A DNA stretch of 64,000 nucleotides from Monocercomonoides exilis PA203 (taxonomy: Eukaryota; Protista; Preaxostyla): positions 1,364,001 through 1,428,000 of the forward strand of contig LSRY02000001.1 of the NCBI GenBank assembly GCA_001643675.2, read 5' to 3'. The notes under the pieces were generated by a model, which was given only the letters and a program-made list of their open reading frames with translations, did no database searches and had not been told where the DNA came from. Of the stretch, positions 37,572-52,029 are shown piece by piece (position 1 is the stretch's first letter; each line of letters starts with the position of its first letter). Position numbers and translations under genes: made by a program.

Positions 37572-39653
37572 ATGGCTGAAGCATGGGTAGATTGGTTAAT
37601 CCGAGCAATCATTATCGGAGTCGTTATTGTTGCATGTGTTGTAGATTTGACTCATAACAGAAAGCCTCCGTTCAAATATCCAATGAAATACATTATAATT
37701 CGCTTTCTAAATTGGCTGACTGTTGGAATGACGTACGCATGCACATATTTTGGGAGATACAATATGAGTTTATTGAACACATCAGATGTTCATTCTGTTT
37801 TAGGTGTCACAACCGCACAATTTGGGATTATAATTACAACTGCTTACGTTATCTATGGTGTCTTTGTTGCATTCAATGGAGTTCTGGTTGATAGGTTAGT
37901 GATATTTCTATTTGAATTTAAAATGAATTTTTAAATTTTTTGTTCCTTTTTATAAAAGGCTTGGAGGAAAAAAAGCAACAATCATTGGATCAATGGGGTC
38001 TTCAGTTATGAACATCGTAATGGGCTTTTGGATGCTTAATACCAAATCAAAAGGAACAATGAATATCGTCTTCCTTGCAGTTTTTTACGCCATCAACGAT
38101 TTCTTTCAGACTTTTTGCACAACTGCAATCTGTAAAGTGGGAGTGAACTGGTATCATATAAGTGAAAGAGGGTTTTTTGGAGGAATATTCGGAATTATCA
38201 TTTCATTTGGCTTCTTCCTGGCACTTCAAGTTAATGCGAATATCAAAGCAGAGATGCATTTCAGTGCAGTATTTTTTATTCCAGGAGCAATACTTGCAGT
38301 GATGACAGTGCTTTGTGTCTTTTTCGTCAAGTCTACACCAGAAGACGCTGGCTGGCCACCTGTTGACGAAGAAGCACTCGAGGAATACAATGAAAGAAAA
38401 AAGCTTCTGGAAAATCAGGAAGAGAATGCTGGTGGTAATAGCAACAGATCAAACTCTGATGGAACAGAAACTACCGACAATGGAACAGCTTCCAGCAACA
38501 GCGATGATATTGATCACTATGAGACAGAGTCAAATAACAACCAAAAGAAAAGTGTGCTTTATCCAGCAGATAACGCCAACTCGCTCAAATCCCCAGCAGA
38601 GTCAAAGGGAAATAATGGAGCGAATAAGAGAGGAAGCGCACCTCCTGGCCATTATGGCATGGGACTGAAGGAATTGGTGAAGCGTGTGTGCTTAAATCCA
38701 GTCTTTTTGATTCTCTGCGTTATCGATTTTTGCGTCGGGTGGTGCCGTGATGGAGTTATTAATTACAATGCTAAGTACTTCCAGGAGGTCTGAATTCTTT
38801 CTTGTGTAAGAAATAATCTCAAATTTTTTATTATGTTTATTGGAAAAAATGATTTGTTTGTTCAAATATTTTGTAAATTCACAGGTGTGGGGCGCAAAAG
38901 AAGATTCGCTTTTGTATCTCATCTCGTCGACTGGAGTGACACTCGGCTCGATGTTTGGCTCACTTGGTGCAGGTATCGTGTCAGACGTATGCTGTGGTTC
39001 GAGAAGACCTCCTGTTGCTTTTGTAGCTCTAGTGCTGTATTCAGGTATTCATCTTATTTGATAAAAAATATAAGCAGTTAATAATTTTTCCTTTAAAACT
39101 GTTATCTTGCTATCTGTCAATAATGTTTATTCAAATTCTGTTCTTTTCTTCAGGCTGCATTCTGATCGTGCTGTTTGCAGTGTCTGCGTGGATGGGAGCA
39201 GTTGGAATAGGCCTAACTGCATTCTGCTTTTCGTGTGTGCACGGCATCATCACTTCAACATGTGCCATGGACTTTGCTGGGCCTCGTGCCACTGCCACGG
39301 CTGTTGGGCTGCTCGATGGCATTCAAAAGATCGGCTCATCGATGACGGGTGTTGTGATGGGCCGTCTGTGGGATCTGTATGGCTCGAAGGGATGGATCTT
39401 CTCATTGCTGCCTGGAAGTGGGCTGGGGGCACTGCTCATGCTGCCGATTATTGGAAAGAAAGGCGGAAAGCCAACAAAAAACAACAAAAAGAATAAAGAG
39501 AAAGTGAAAGAGATTGAAGTTGGAAACAGAGATGATAGTATCAAAGGAAGGAGGAATCAGAAGATGAGCGATATGGGACCAAACAACTCAGAAGAATACG
39601 TGGACGATGATGGAGGAGAGGTTGAACTAAATGGCGTTGACCTGAGTTATTGA
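37572..39653 (+). CDS. MFS transporter, GlpT/OPA (organophosphate:Pi antiporter)-like, 4 exons
   Basis: TYACTYFGRYNMS, GVLVDRLGGKK (MFS motif A), NWYHISERG, GIVSD...SRRPP and MDFAGPRATATAVGLLDG, with many TM helices. Introns 37895-37958, 38788-38884 and 39045-39153. Confidence 0.88.
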
Positions 39654-40254
39654 GTGTTTATTTTTTGACGCTGTTATTATTTGTATTTATGTATTAATAA
39701 TTGCTCTCTTTCTCCTCTTTCTTATCTTATTTTATTTCTATGCTCTATTTTGTTTGATATGAAAACGTAATCGCTTTTTTCGTTTTCTGTTAATGAGAAG
39801 TCTGAATTGCATTCTTTTTGCTTTGTTTTTACAACTCTTTCTGTTGGATTAAACATCCATCTCTTGTTGAACCAATGTGAGAGTAGATGTTCATGTTGTT
39901 TGAATTGTGCAGTTTAAACTTAAAAAAATCTTGTTTTTTCATTTTTTTAGGGTTATATCCTCCAATGCTAACTTCTTTTTGCAGTTCTTAAAGAAAAGAA
40001 TAATGTTCAATGAGCTTTCCATCATCTTCAATAAAAAATCTTACCTCACTTCACTTCCAGAGGTCTTCTCACGTTCTTTGCCTTTCTCATTTTTCTTTTC
40101 AACTATTAATACAAACGAAAGAGTTAATGCATTCGACAATTTTCTTTTTAAAAGATTTAGAGATATTCGAATATCCTGATTTTTCAATTAATGCCCACAC
40201 ATCTTTTAGAGCACAAATTTATTTGAATTTTCTTTAAAAACAAAAGTGAAATGT

Positions 40255-42030
40255 TTATTTCCAAAGATGAACACCAACAGATGTGAAGATGTCACAAGAT
40301 GGTAACTTGTTAAATCGACCAAAAGATCTCCTTTTCGCTAAGATAATGTCGCATGCTCCTTCTTCTTCAAGCGTATCTCTCAAACAGTTGCTTATTGCAA
40401 TTTTGCTTTTATCATCTGCATTCAATGCATTCAATGGTCTTGTGTAAGTAATCTTTAGTGTATTCTCCAGAATCAAAATAGAATGGACAGTTGAATAGAA
40501 CTCGTCATCAAAAAATGAAGTGGCAGTGAAAAGATGTGAAATGAGCTTCCATCCGAAGCACTTTTCGAGAAAGAATGTCAATCCACTAAGATCCAACTGA
40601 CTAAATGCTTTCCTCACGATCTTTGCACACAGCCCATCCAATGCCATTTCGTGAAGATCGCACACTGCTAAAGCGATTGACTGAAGTACAGAGGCTTCTG
40701 AAATGAATGTGTCAATCAGTTTTGGACTTCGCTCAAATGCATCAGCAAGAAGAAAAAGAAAATGTTTCAAAAAGACTGGAAAGGGAATGTTTAACTTGTC
40801 ATCAACGATGTATTCAACTGGCTTTGACGATACTTCAATCTCTTTCGAAACTGGCTGAAAAGCAGATATCTTTGCTGTATTTGTTGATTTGGAAAATTCT
40901 TCGTTGCAAAGAGGATGACAATTAGATTTAGAGATTTCTTCATTTAAAAGCTTGGATGCAATAGAAGAGAATGAATGATTTCTGAAAAATTGCTTTGCTT
41001 TTTGATTCCAAATAGCGTTTGACAAGAATTGCACAATCCAAATAATTTGAAGTGACTGCAATCTGAAACATTTGATGCTTGCTGTAGATGACTTTGATGA
41101 CGTTGTGATTCTGTCTGGTAACTTAAGCCAGTTATCTTCAAGCAAAGCAGAAAGAAAACTTATCATCCCGTGTGAATCAGATCCTACATTTTTGGTTTGA
41201 ACAAACAAATCACAAAAACATTTAATGTTTAACAAAATAAATAAATAACATGTTAGAAAAACGGATAAGAGACAAAAGTTGTTCGCAGTGTTGCGAATTA
41301 TAAAAAAATATTTTTATTTTATTTCACACTTTTTTCCTTCATTGTTCTTACCAAGCAAAGCAAACAATGCGAAAAAATGTGAGCTTGGTCCTCTGTTGTC
41401 ACAGGAAGTAAAATATTCTCGTAAATTGTTTGTTCAACGAAACTTTCTATATTTTTGGAAGTTTCTTTCAATTCATAAAGTTTGAAAAAGCAGCATGCTA
41501 GGAGATTCGGATTTTGTAAAAAGGGTGAAGAACATGTGAGCATCTCATTAGCCTTTTCAGTGTATATGATTTTATGTCCATCTGTTTGCGCTTGAGTTTG
41601 TTTCAAACGAGATAGTATGGCTTCTATCCATCCTAATAAATTGCATTGTTTCAAAGGTTCAGAATCTAGATAACTGGAAGATGGATCGGAAATAATCAAC
41701 CAAAAAATAAATTGCTCCAAAAAATTAAGCAATGCATTCGCAACAAAATTGTTACTGATGTGCAATAAAGCGATAGTTCTAATATTATCAAAAAATATAT
41801 CTGTAGCAAGTTCTCTGCATAATGTGCAAGGAATGCAATCAAGAAGATCTTTGCATTGAACAAGTTGGGTAATTTGTCTTGGTTCATTAATTTGAGTTAA
41901 TCTGAAAAAAGTATCTATAAAGTCATTTTAATATTAATTTTCCATATAAATTATGAAAACCTTGAATTTGTTGAATCCTTGTAAAATAATTACATTCTTC
42001 ATTTGCGCAAGCGTTTTGTGAATGTTCCAT
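40255..42030 (-). CDS. Hypothetical protein, multi-exon
   Basis: ORFs 40255-41235, 41319-41765 and 41696-41887 lie on one strand with AT-rich intron-like gaps. Candidate ATG at 42030; no family recognised. Confidence 0.55.
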
Positions 42031-42245
42031 GTTCAGTAATAATTAAAAAATCAAAATATCATATATCAAAAATAAAAATATGTATTCATTTATTGATAGA
42101 AAAAGAATATTTTTGAGAATTTAATACTTTTTCATTCAAATAATGTCCATATTTGAATGAATAAGTAAACGAAAAAATCTCTAATTCTATTCCCCCATTA
42201 TACTACGCATTTTCTGATTGCTCGGAAAAACATCAATAACAAGTG

Positions 42246-45200
42246 ATGGATACTCCTTTGCGTGTACAACAACTTATAGACGTATGCAACTGTTAATTAA
42301 ATGGCGGAATGCATTCTGGATATCTTTCTTCTTTTCTTTTATTTTCGTTTATTCTTCAATATATTTGTGAATGAATATAAAACACAAACGTCTTGATAAA
42401 ATTACTGATTTGAAATTTAGCTTAAAACCATTGGACTTGATTCTTCGTCAATTTCTTTGAACACAACACACCTATTGTCAGATCATCGAATCTTTTGCCA
42501 AACTGACATTGATGGAAAGAAACAGATAATCGTTCTTGATCCTCACAATCCCATGGGGAAATCGCAAATGACAATGAAAGCTGATTCAATTTGTCCCCAT
42601 CCTTCATGCCCGTTGCTGGCTGTGAAAGGTTTGAGTTTTCTTGATGTAATCATATTTTTATTTTTTTGTGTTTGCATAGGGGGTAATATGATTCAGATAT
42701 TTGATATAGAGAAAACAACAAGAATTAAAAAAGTTACTATGGAAGAAGATGTTGAATTTATGTCATGGGCAGATGATATTACATTGGCAATTGTCACAAA
42801 TGATTCTGTTTATCATCTGTCAATCAATGATCAAGATTCACCGAAAGAAATCTTCAGAAGGATACCAGAATTGGCGGATAATAAAATATTGAACTATCAG
42901 ATTGATCCTTCAAAGCAATGGTGCCTACTTCATGGATCAATATTTGATGTTTGTCCGATTAATTAAGTTTATTGATAGAATTTTATTATGAATATTATTT
43001 TTTATTCGCTTAATTCGCTTTCAAACATAAAAATAATTATGTTTTGTAGCCTGAGACAAAAACTATGAAAGGAAACACTCAAATATGGAACTGCACAAAG
43101 CGTAAAAAGCAATACTTTTCTTCAAATTATTCAATGTTGATCACTTTCCCAGCAGATTTTACAGACGAGCCTATTACAATGCTTTGCCTGGTGAAAGATG
43201 GAATGGTTTTCTTGCTGTTCTTATTACCAAGCTTGAATTTTTTTTTTTATTTCAATATATTAAAACTTTCATTCAATGCAATCTTTTCTCAACTTATTCG
43301 TTTTCATATCATTTCCACTGCGTCAGTTGTACTTGAACAAGATAAGCGAAGGCGAGTCTCTGAGGATGTCTGTGGAGATTGAGCAAGGCAGCCCACAAGA
43401 TGTGCCCGTCTCAATGAGCTTCGTCTCCAAATTCGGCTTTGTGTTTGTTCTGACTGTCCAAAACAGAGTGAGTGTGGTCGATGCCTCGTCTGCTGCGCGT
43501 GTTGCCACGTTCCCTCTGACTGCTGCCCGGATGCTCTTCTCCTCAGCCGCCGATTCCGCCAACGAAGGCATTGTCGCAGTCGACAGCGCAGGCATCGTGT
43601 TCCATCTGTCTCTCGACCGCCGGGCGCTGCTGGCGTCGCTCGCACGCAGTCAGTCGCACATCGTCCACGCTGCTGCGCTGTCCATCCGTGCGCAGCTGCA
43701 CGGAGCAGAGGAGCTGTGCGAAGAGGCCTTTGAGAAGTGCTTTGGCGAGAGAGAATGGAGGATCGCCTCGAAAATCGTGGTGAAGTCGCCTAATGGCGCA
43801 TTGAGGACACTCCACACACTTCAGCGCTTCCACTCGGCTGAGCAGATGGTGCTGCGCGAGAAGGAGAAAGAAGAGCGGGAAAAGGAGAAGGCAAAGAGGA
43901 GGAGGAAGCACGACGAGAAGTCGAAGAAGCGGAGACACGGGAAGAAAGGAGGCGACGACGATGAGAGCGACAGCAGCAGAAGCAGAAGCGATGACAGCAG
44001 CGACGATGAGTCCAAAGACGACGACAAAAGCGACTCAGAACGTCCGGCTGTGACGTTGACAGCAGCCGAATCTCCGCTGAAGAATCTGTTTGCAGCGCTG
44101 GTTGAGAGTGGCAAGCTGAACGAGGTGGAGTCTGCTTTCTTTGTGCCAGTGATGCTGTCTGCCTCGCGTGGAGTGCAGGAAATGGCGAAGCAGCTGAAGG
44201 AAGGGCTTTACACACCAACAGAGCAGATGGGCGATGCTGTGCTGACATTTTCAGCACCATCATCGTCTTCATCTTCCTCTGCTTCTTCTTCTTCTTCTTC
44301 CACTTCAGCATCATCCAACGCATCTGCCATCCCAGCAGCAGCCGCAGCACTTGCAGTTGCCATCTTCACTGAAGCACGCTGCCCGCAACGTGTCATCACA
44401 TTCCTCACTGACCGCGGGGAATACGGAGCAGTTGCTACATTTGCCGCAGAGCAGATGCGCCTCCATTTGTCACAGCCAGATCTCGCACAGACACTGCTGC
44501 GTGTGTGCCAGGCGAAACCAGACGATTCTGTTGGCTTTGCGCAGATTCTGGTGAACACTCCCATCGAAAAAGTGGAAGAGAAAGAAGACGAAAAGGAAGA
44601 TGACAAGAAAAGAAGCAGCAAGTCGAGGTCGCGTGACAAGAGAGAGAAAGATAAAGAGAAAGGAGACGATGAGAAGAGTTCTCAAGCCTCACTCCCAACA
44701 CCTGCATCTGTTCTGCCAGCACACACAACACCGCTTATGCAGCCGTCGCTGGCTCTGGATGTGTTCTTCTCTCTGTCTCTTTTCAAGCAAGCAACTTCTT
44801 TCATATTCGATGTGATTGCGAAGAATGTGCACGACCAGATGACTGTGCAGACACACTATCTGGATGTGATGATTAAAGCACGCCCAGATATCGCCTCGCA
44901 GATGATCCAACGAGGCGGATGCAGCGCTTTCAACCGCCCACGCATTGCCAAAATGGCTGAGGCAGCATCGCTGTTTGCGCTGGCAGCATCGCTCCATTCT
45001 CAGCCGAAGTACATCGCAAGGTGTGTTGTGTCAGCAGCACCTGATTTGGGAGTGGAGGAGACAGCGCAGCTGATCATCAGGGCACATGTGAGGGTTGAGC
45101 AGGAGCAGAAGAAGGCAGAAGAGGATGAGAAGGAAGAGGGGGAGAAAGAGAATGCAGCAGATGACAGTTCGAGTACAAAGGAGAAAGGAGAATACGAAGC

Positions 45201-48200
45201 ATTTGACTCTGAAAAGGAGAAGGAGAAAGAAAAAAGCAAAGAGAAAGGGAATTCAGTTGCGTGTGAGTGTATGACGCAGTTGCTGATGAGTAAAGCTACG
45301 CTTCCGATGTGCGGAGAGATAGGGCGCATTCTGTGCTTGCCAGGGAGTGGAGTGGTGGCAGTGAAGGAGATCCTGGCAGTGATGGAGGAATACGGCAACA
45401 CTCGTCCGGCCGACAACACCATCTTCTCTTTCCTTTTGGGAATTGCCGATGTGAAAGGCGCAGATCCGTCGCTGCTGTCTGCTTTTGTCCGTGCGGCTGT
45501 GAAAACAAGACATCCACAAGATGCCACACGTGCACTGATGAATGTGCCTCTATCAGAACCGAAGGAGATGCTCGCCTTTTTGGAGCAGAACTGCACCGAC
45601 CCCGCGCCCATCGTGGCACTCTGCACAGTCCACGCGATGTTCGACGACTTGGCACGTGTGCTGGCATTGCGAGGAGACTTCGAGTCGTTGGCATCTGTCT
45701 GCATTGCTAACCCAACACTCTCTCCACCACCTGCACCAGCGATTGCATGTGCGATGGTTGACTGCCACGTGATTGACGATGATATTCTCGCATTTCTTGC
45801 TTCTCCTGCTGGAAAAGGTGCATTGTGCCCTGTTGCACCGCTGACTGAGGGATTCGAGAAGAGAGGGAAACTGGCTCTGCTGCGTTCGTGGCTGGAGGCG
45901 CGCATTAAAGAAGAAGGGAAAGAAGACCCAGCAACACACAGTGCACTTGCTATGTTGTGTGCAGAAGACTGTGCTGCCAGCAAAAGAGACGTGGGCATTG
46001 CAATCTCTGCAAGCGGTGATAATCTGCCAGAATTCTCATTCCATGATCCATTTGTTGTACGGGCAACTGAACGCGATGACTTCTTTGAGCTGCTGTCAAC
46101 CACACGTGTGTCTGCAGCTAAGGCATCGTCTGCTGTAACTGCACCAATCGCATCACAAGCTGCCTCACTCACCTCACTCACACCTTCAGAATCCTTCCTT
46201 CTTGGCTCCTCTTCAGCTTTGGCGCGTCTATTTGACCCGCTTGCTGTTGGGAAGCTGTGCGAAGAGAGAAGCCTCCCACGTCTTGCCTGCTGTATCTATC
46301 GCTCAAAGAACTGCAGCGACGCTCTGATTGCAGCAGCGAGAAAGGCAGAGCTGGCGCGTGCTCTGGCAGAATATGCTGTTGAGCAGATGGACTCGTCTGT
46401 GTGGAGTGAGGCGATTGACGAGTCAGAGGAAGAAAGCAGTGAGAGTGCAGAGAAGGGAAAGAAAGAAGGAGTATCATTCAAGGCGCGTGTGGTGGATGAA
46501 GTGCTGAACAATGTGCTGCCAACAACAACAGACAAAAATATGATTGCAAATGCCGTGAAGGCATTTCTCGTGGTTGGGCTGGCAAATCGGATGGTGCCTG
46601 TTCTGGAGGCCATTCTTCTCCCATCCTCGTCTTCTTCAGCATCTGCTTCGTCATCAGCATCCAAGTCACTCGTCCATCACCCTTCGTCTTCCATCACCAT
46701 TCGCAGCGACAAGACACTTCAGAACCTTCTTCTTGTCTGTGCTATCCGGGCAGAGTCGCCAAAGGTGCTGGATTATGTCAAGCTTCTGAACAACTATGAC
46801 GCATCTGACGTGGCCAAGCACGCCATGCGGGCACAGATGTACGAGGTGGCCTACGCCGTCCTTACAAAAGCCGGGCTGTTTGAGAAGGCGGTGATGCTCC
46901 TGCTGAATGAGATGGACAACATCGACAGGGCAGAGGAGCTGGCGAAGGAGTGCAACACACGCGAGTGCTGGGCGCCTGTTGCACGTGCTCTGCTGGAGAA
47001 AGGACTGGCTGAGCGTGCAGTCGATGCCTTTTGTGCTATCAACGATGCCTCTGAGCACAAGCGCGTGGTTCCACTGTGCAAGCAGCTGGGGCTCCATGCT
47101 GTGCTGGCAAAATATTTGAGGATGGCACGTCCACTGGGAAATAGAGAGCTTGACACAGAACTGCTGTGCACACTGGCACGCGCTGATCTGCTGGCTGAGT
47201 TGGAGGAGACAGTCACAACACCCACTGCAGCAGACATACCAGCAGCAGCAGAGACGTGCTTTGAGGAGAAGTTGTATCTCGCCGCACGTATTTTGTTCAG
47301 TGCCACGAACAACTACAGCCGACTGGCCATTACTCTGCTGAGGCTGCACGAATACCCAGCAGCAGTCGATGCAGCCAGGCGCGCCAGACACATCCCCACG
47401 TGGAGAGAAGTGTGTGTGGCGTGTCTCGGCGCCAAGGAGTTCAGACTGGCGCAGATTGCAGGTGTGCCGCTGGCACTGAAAGGAGGACAGGAGCTGGCAA
47501 ATGTGATCACAATGTACCGATCGAGGGGACTATTCTCTGAGATTGTTGCGTTGTTGGATGGAGCCACTCAGCAAGGAAGCAACAAACAGGATGAGCTCCT
47601 GACACATCTCGGAATTGTATTTGCACAACACTTTCCTGAGCGATTGATGCGCCACATTGAGTTGCATCATCACCTTCTCTTGGAGCCACCGCTGAGGAAA
47701 GCGTGCGAACTGAATGAAGAGTGGGCAGAGCTGCGAGTGCTGGAGATGCTGAAGACGAACTACGACGATGCGGTTGAGGTGATGCTGCTGCATCCTGAAG
47801 CATGGGACGATCAATCTGCCAGAAATGCTTGCCAACACGTAGAGAACAAGGAGCTCATCTACCGATGCATCGACTTCTATGCGCGGTATCATCCGAAGCT
47901 GCTGGACAGCTTTGCAGACTGTGTGAAGGAGATTGCCGATGTTGGGCGTGTGATCATTCAAGCGAGAAGAGGAGGCTGGCTTCCATTGGTGAAGCAATAT
48001 CTGCTGTACATGCAGAAGGCAGGCAAAGGAGTTGGGTTCTTGCAAAGAGATGAGAAAAGAAAGCGCAAAGCAAAGAAGGACAAGGACGATCCGTTTGCTC
48101 GCCCTGTCTTGCCTCTTGTTCTTCTCAACCCTTCAATTGCATCACACCCATGTCAGGCTCATATCGGCAACGAACTTCCTTCCACTTTCTCTCTCTCAGA

Positions 48201-49314
48201 TGTTGTGTCACAAGATATAGCTATTCCATCTTCTTCCTCTTCCTCCTCCTCCTCCTCTTTTGGAGAGTATCTAACTCAGCCATGCCCTCATTTTGCATTG
48301 AACGAAGCTCTGAATGAGTTGTTTGTTGAGGAAGAAGACGTTGCGTCTCTTCTGAAGTCTGTGTGCACACACACTGCTTATGACCAGCTGGCACTCGCAA
48401 GACAGCTGGAACTCCATCATCTTCTGATGTTTCGACGTATTGCTGCTGTTATTTTTGCTGCAAATGGTCGATTCAGCCACGCTATTTCTATTCTCTGTGC
48501 TGACCATTTGATAGGCGATGCCATAAGAGTGGCAGCAGCTTCGAAGGACCGTTCGTTGGCTGATCAGATGCTGCACTTCATTGCAGACGAGATGGACAGT
48601 GACCGCAAAGCTGGTAATGAGGAAAAGAGCGAAAAGGGATCATCATTAGAAATCATCAAAGACAGACACTTTGTAGTTGAAAGCGATGCAGCACTGACAA
48701 AACTTCAAAGAGAAAGCTGCTTTGGGGCGATGCTGTATGAGTGCTATGATCTGATTCCTTTGTCCACTGTGCTTGACGTGGCGTGGAACTCGAAGCTGAA
48801 CGAGATGAGCCTTCCGTTCCTTGTGCAGTCTGCCCGCTCTTCAGAAGATGAGCGACAAGCCCAGCAAACAGAGATGCAGACGATGCGGCAGACAGTCAAT
48901 GCCCTTGTGCAGGTGGTGTTTCGAGGTGCAGTTCCAAATGAAGCAATGTTGTTGGGTGAGACACAATCACGTGAGGAAGAGAGCGATGATGAAAGCGATG
49001 AAAGTGAGGCTCCAGAAATGGAAGAAGGAGATATATCAAAGCCAGTTGAACTTCAAAAGGAAAGCTCGATGAGTGCTCTTCTGTTGAAATCCAATGAAGC
49101 TGAAAAGCAGAGTGAAAGACACGGCAGAAGGAAGGAGAAGGAGAAGGAGAAAATGAAAGGATTTTACAACGAAGGAGCTGAAGAAGCAGGAGAAACACTT
49201 CTTGCTGTGCTTGGGATGAAGAAGAGGACAAGCGATGGAGAAGGAAGCGGAGACAAAGAGAAAGACGGTAAAAAATCTGGAGACAGAAAGAAAGAGAAGC
49301 ACCACAAACATTAG
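42246..49314 (+). CDS. CHC: Clathrin heavy chain, divergent, about 5 exons
   Basis: MDTPLRVQQLID|LKTIGL N-terminus, MKADSICPHP, IQIFDIE, SPNGALRT, LQNLLLVCAIRA, LNNYDA, NNYSRLAITL, TWREVCVAC, EFRLAQIAG, LNEALNELFVEEED, and the trimerisation region CYDLI...VAW...PFLVQ. Confidence 0.92.
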
Positions 49315-49950
49315 AGACCAATTAAATGCAGAAATATTATTTGTTATGTATCATTTTTGTTGGAAGTTTACAATATCTCATTTTTATTTTATTTTATTTT
49401 ATTTTATTTATTTTATTTTATTTTCCATTTTAATCTCTGCACTTCTCATTGTCTCTGCTTCTCATTTATTATTTATCTGTCTTCCATTCGCTGAGAGCTC
49501 TTTCTTTCTTTCTTGGTTTCACGTTAGAGTTTTGAGATTCGTTTCGTTTTTCATCGCACATCCACCTTCTCTTTTCACAAAAAAACTTGGCAGCAAATCA
49601 TCTCAACTTCAGCATAGTTAGTTTCAAATAAATAACTTTTCTGATATTTTTTGTTTTTTTGCATTTTTCCAGAAAACGTAAACAAGACAATTGAAGAAAT
49701 GGACATGTATGATGAAACAAAAAAAGCAACAAGACTGAACATAAAAGCATCTCTATCCTTTTGAGCGAGGATAGCAACTATCAAAAAGAACTGCAATCAG
49801 AAGCTAAAAAGACGAAATATCATCAAAATGGAACAATCAACATATTCAAATCGGAACTGAAGTCAGAGATAAAAAAAAAAAAGAAATCGGAAAATATAGA
49901 GAAAGAAGTAAAAAGCAGAAACTTTCCTCTTTCAGAGCTTTCATTCACTT

Positions 49951-51990
49951 TCATGTGCTGCCTTGTGCCGATACATACTCGATGATCTCGTCTGAGAATG
50001 CTGCCACACACTGAGAGAACGTCAGCCGCAGCGACGCCGATGGATCGATCTCGTCGAGTGTGCGTGTGATTGTCTCATCACTCACTGCTGTTCTGTTTGT
50101 GGCAGCAAACAGCTCCCGAAGAAGATCACCGCACTCAGCGTGGTGGATAGCTCCTGACAGAACAGGAATAAACATCGTCGGAGAAGAAGTGGATGATGAT
50201 GTCTTGTCTGATCTCTTTCCAGTGACTGCTGTGAACAGCTCGCGGAATGGCGCGATGAACTTGACGTTCTTCAACAGCTGGAAGTTGAGAAGTAACTGAA
50301 AAAATTGAAATAAAGAAAAGAACGAACGAACGAAAGACAATTTATTGGAAGAACAAAACTTAATCATAAAAAACTTCATACTGTTAAAAATGTTGAATAT
50401 GGTATGACACATTTTTTCTTGTTCTGACACAATTTACTGCTTTCAGCTTGGATCAACGAAGATAATGTTTCCGTGTCTTCGTCGTTGTACATGTGCCCAA
50501 CAATCATCTTCCACTCCTCTTCAGTCACGTTGTATTCTTCTTCATCTCGTACTGTCTCTCTCTGCTGCCCTCTGCTCTTCTTCTCCTCCTCTCTCAGCTG
50601 CTGTGCATACGCCCTCCCTTTCTCTTTCTCGATGGTCTCCAGCTCTTTCTCCCTCCACTCCTTCTTCCCCATCATCTTCTTCCGTATTGCCTCATCCATC
50701 TTCTTCTTCTCCAGCATCATCCCTTTCCTCCCTCCAAACATCTTCTGCTGCATCGCCTTCCTCAGCATCGCCTCAACTGTCTGCTTCAGCTGCCTCTGAA
50801 CAGCATAAAAGTTATCACTTATCCGATTTGTGATGATGAAGAAGAACACTACTGTGTCGTTCAGAAGAGGCAGAAGTGAAGGAGTGGCTGAACACATTGA
50901 GCGGAAGTTGGCTGAAGAGAACGAAGATGTCGATGGAATAAGCAAGCGCAGATCGCCATCGACGTCAATCCCATCAAAAAGAGACAGAAAATCAATCGGC
51001 TCGTTTTGGTCTTCTTCTCCACTTCTGCCTTTCCCTGATCTCCTTCTCAGCCCTTCTCCATCTTCTTCATCTACGTCTTCTTCATCATCCATCACTCCAC
51101 CCCCACTATTCATATATCGCATTCTTTCTTTCCCTCTCCCTCTCTCCTGAGCTGCTCCTTTCTTCTGCTCCATCAGCCATGCCCGTTCTTCACACACATA
51201 AAATGCCAGACTTCGTATGAGCGTCTCTATCTCCTTCACAACAAGTGCTTTGATCCCAAACCGCTTTTCAAAGAACGAAAAGACAGCTTCCTCAACTGTC
51301 TCCAGAGGAAGCGAAAGAGACATGTTCTTCGTGTCTGTTGCCTGTTTATTATTTGAATCAAAAAGGAATAAACAATTAAACAATATTTTTTAATTAAATT
51401 ATATAAGATTTTTTGAAAAAAAAGGAAAACACTTATGACACTTTGATGATAAATAATGAAATCAAACCTGTTTTGTATCGTAGATCTCATCAATTAGATC
51501 CACAATCTTCGTCAATGGAAGCAACCTGATGGAAGACGATGTTGAATTTGAAGAGCCCGAAGCAGAGGCAGATGAAGAGGATGAAGATGTCGACGATCGA
51601 GTTGCCGAAAGAGAAGAGGAAAGAAAGCGAGGTGAAGATGAGCGTGGAGAGTATGAACGAGACGAGGCCAGGTGGGCAGAGGAGCGCAGAGGAGACGCAG
51701 AAGACGGGCGATTGTGCTGCATCTGCCGCGCTTTGCTCAGCTGGTTGTATGTTGGCCCTCTCGGTGAATAGGAAAGAGGAGGGGAAGAGGAAGAAGAGGA
51801 AGAAGAGGAAGAAGAGGAAGAAGAGGAAGAAGATGATGATGAAGCAGTCTTTTGTGAGATAGGAGTAGCTGTTGTAGGTGTGGTGGTGGGTGTTGGAGTG
51901 ACAGTGATGGTTGAACGCTGTGGTGAGCCAGAGCGTTTCGGTGAGGAAGGAGAATGTGAAAGTGATTCATTGGCTAAAGAAGAAGAAGAA

Positions 51991-52029
<39 letters not shown>

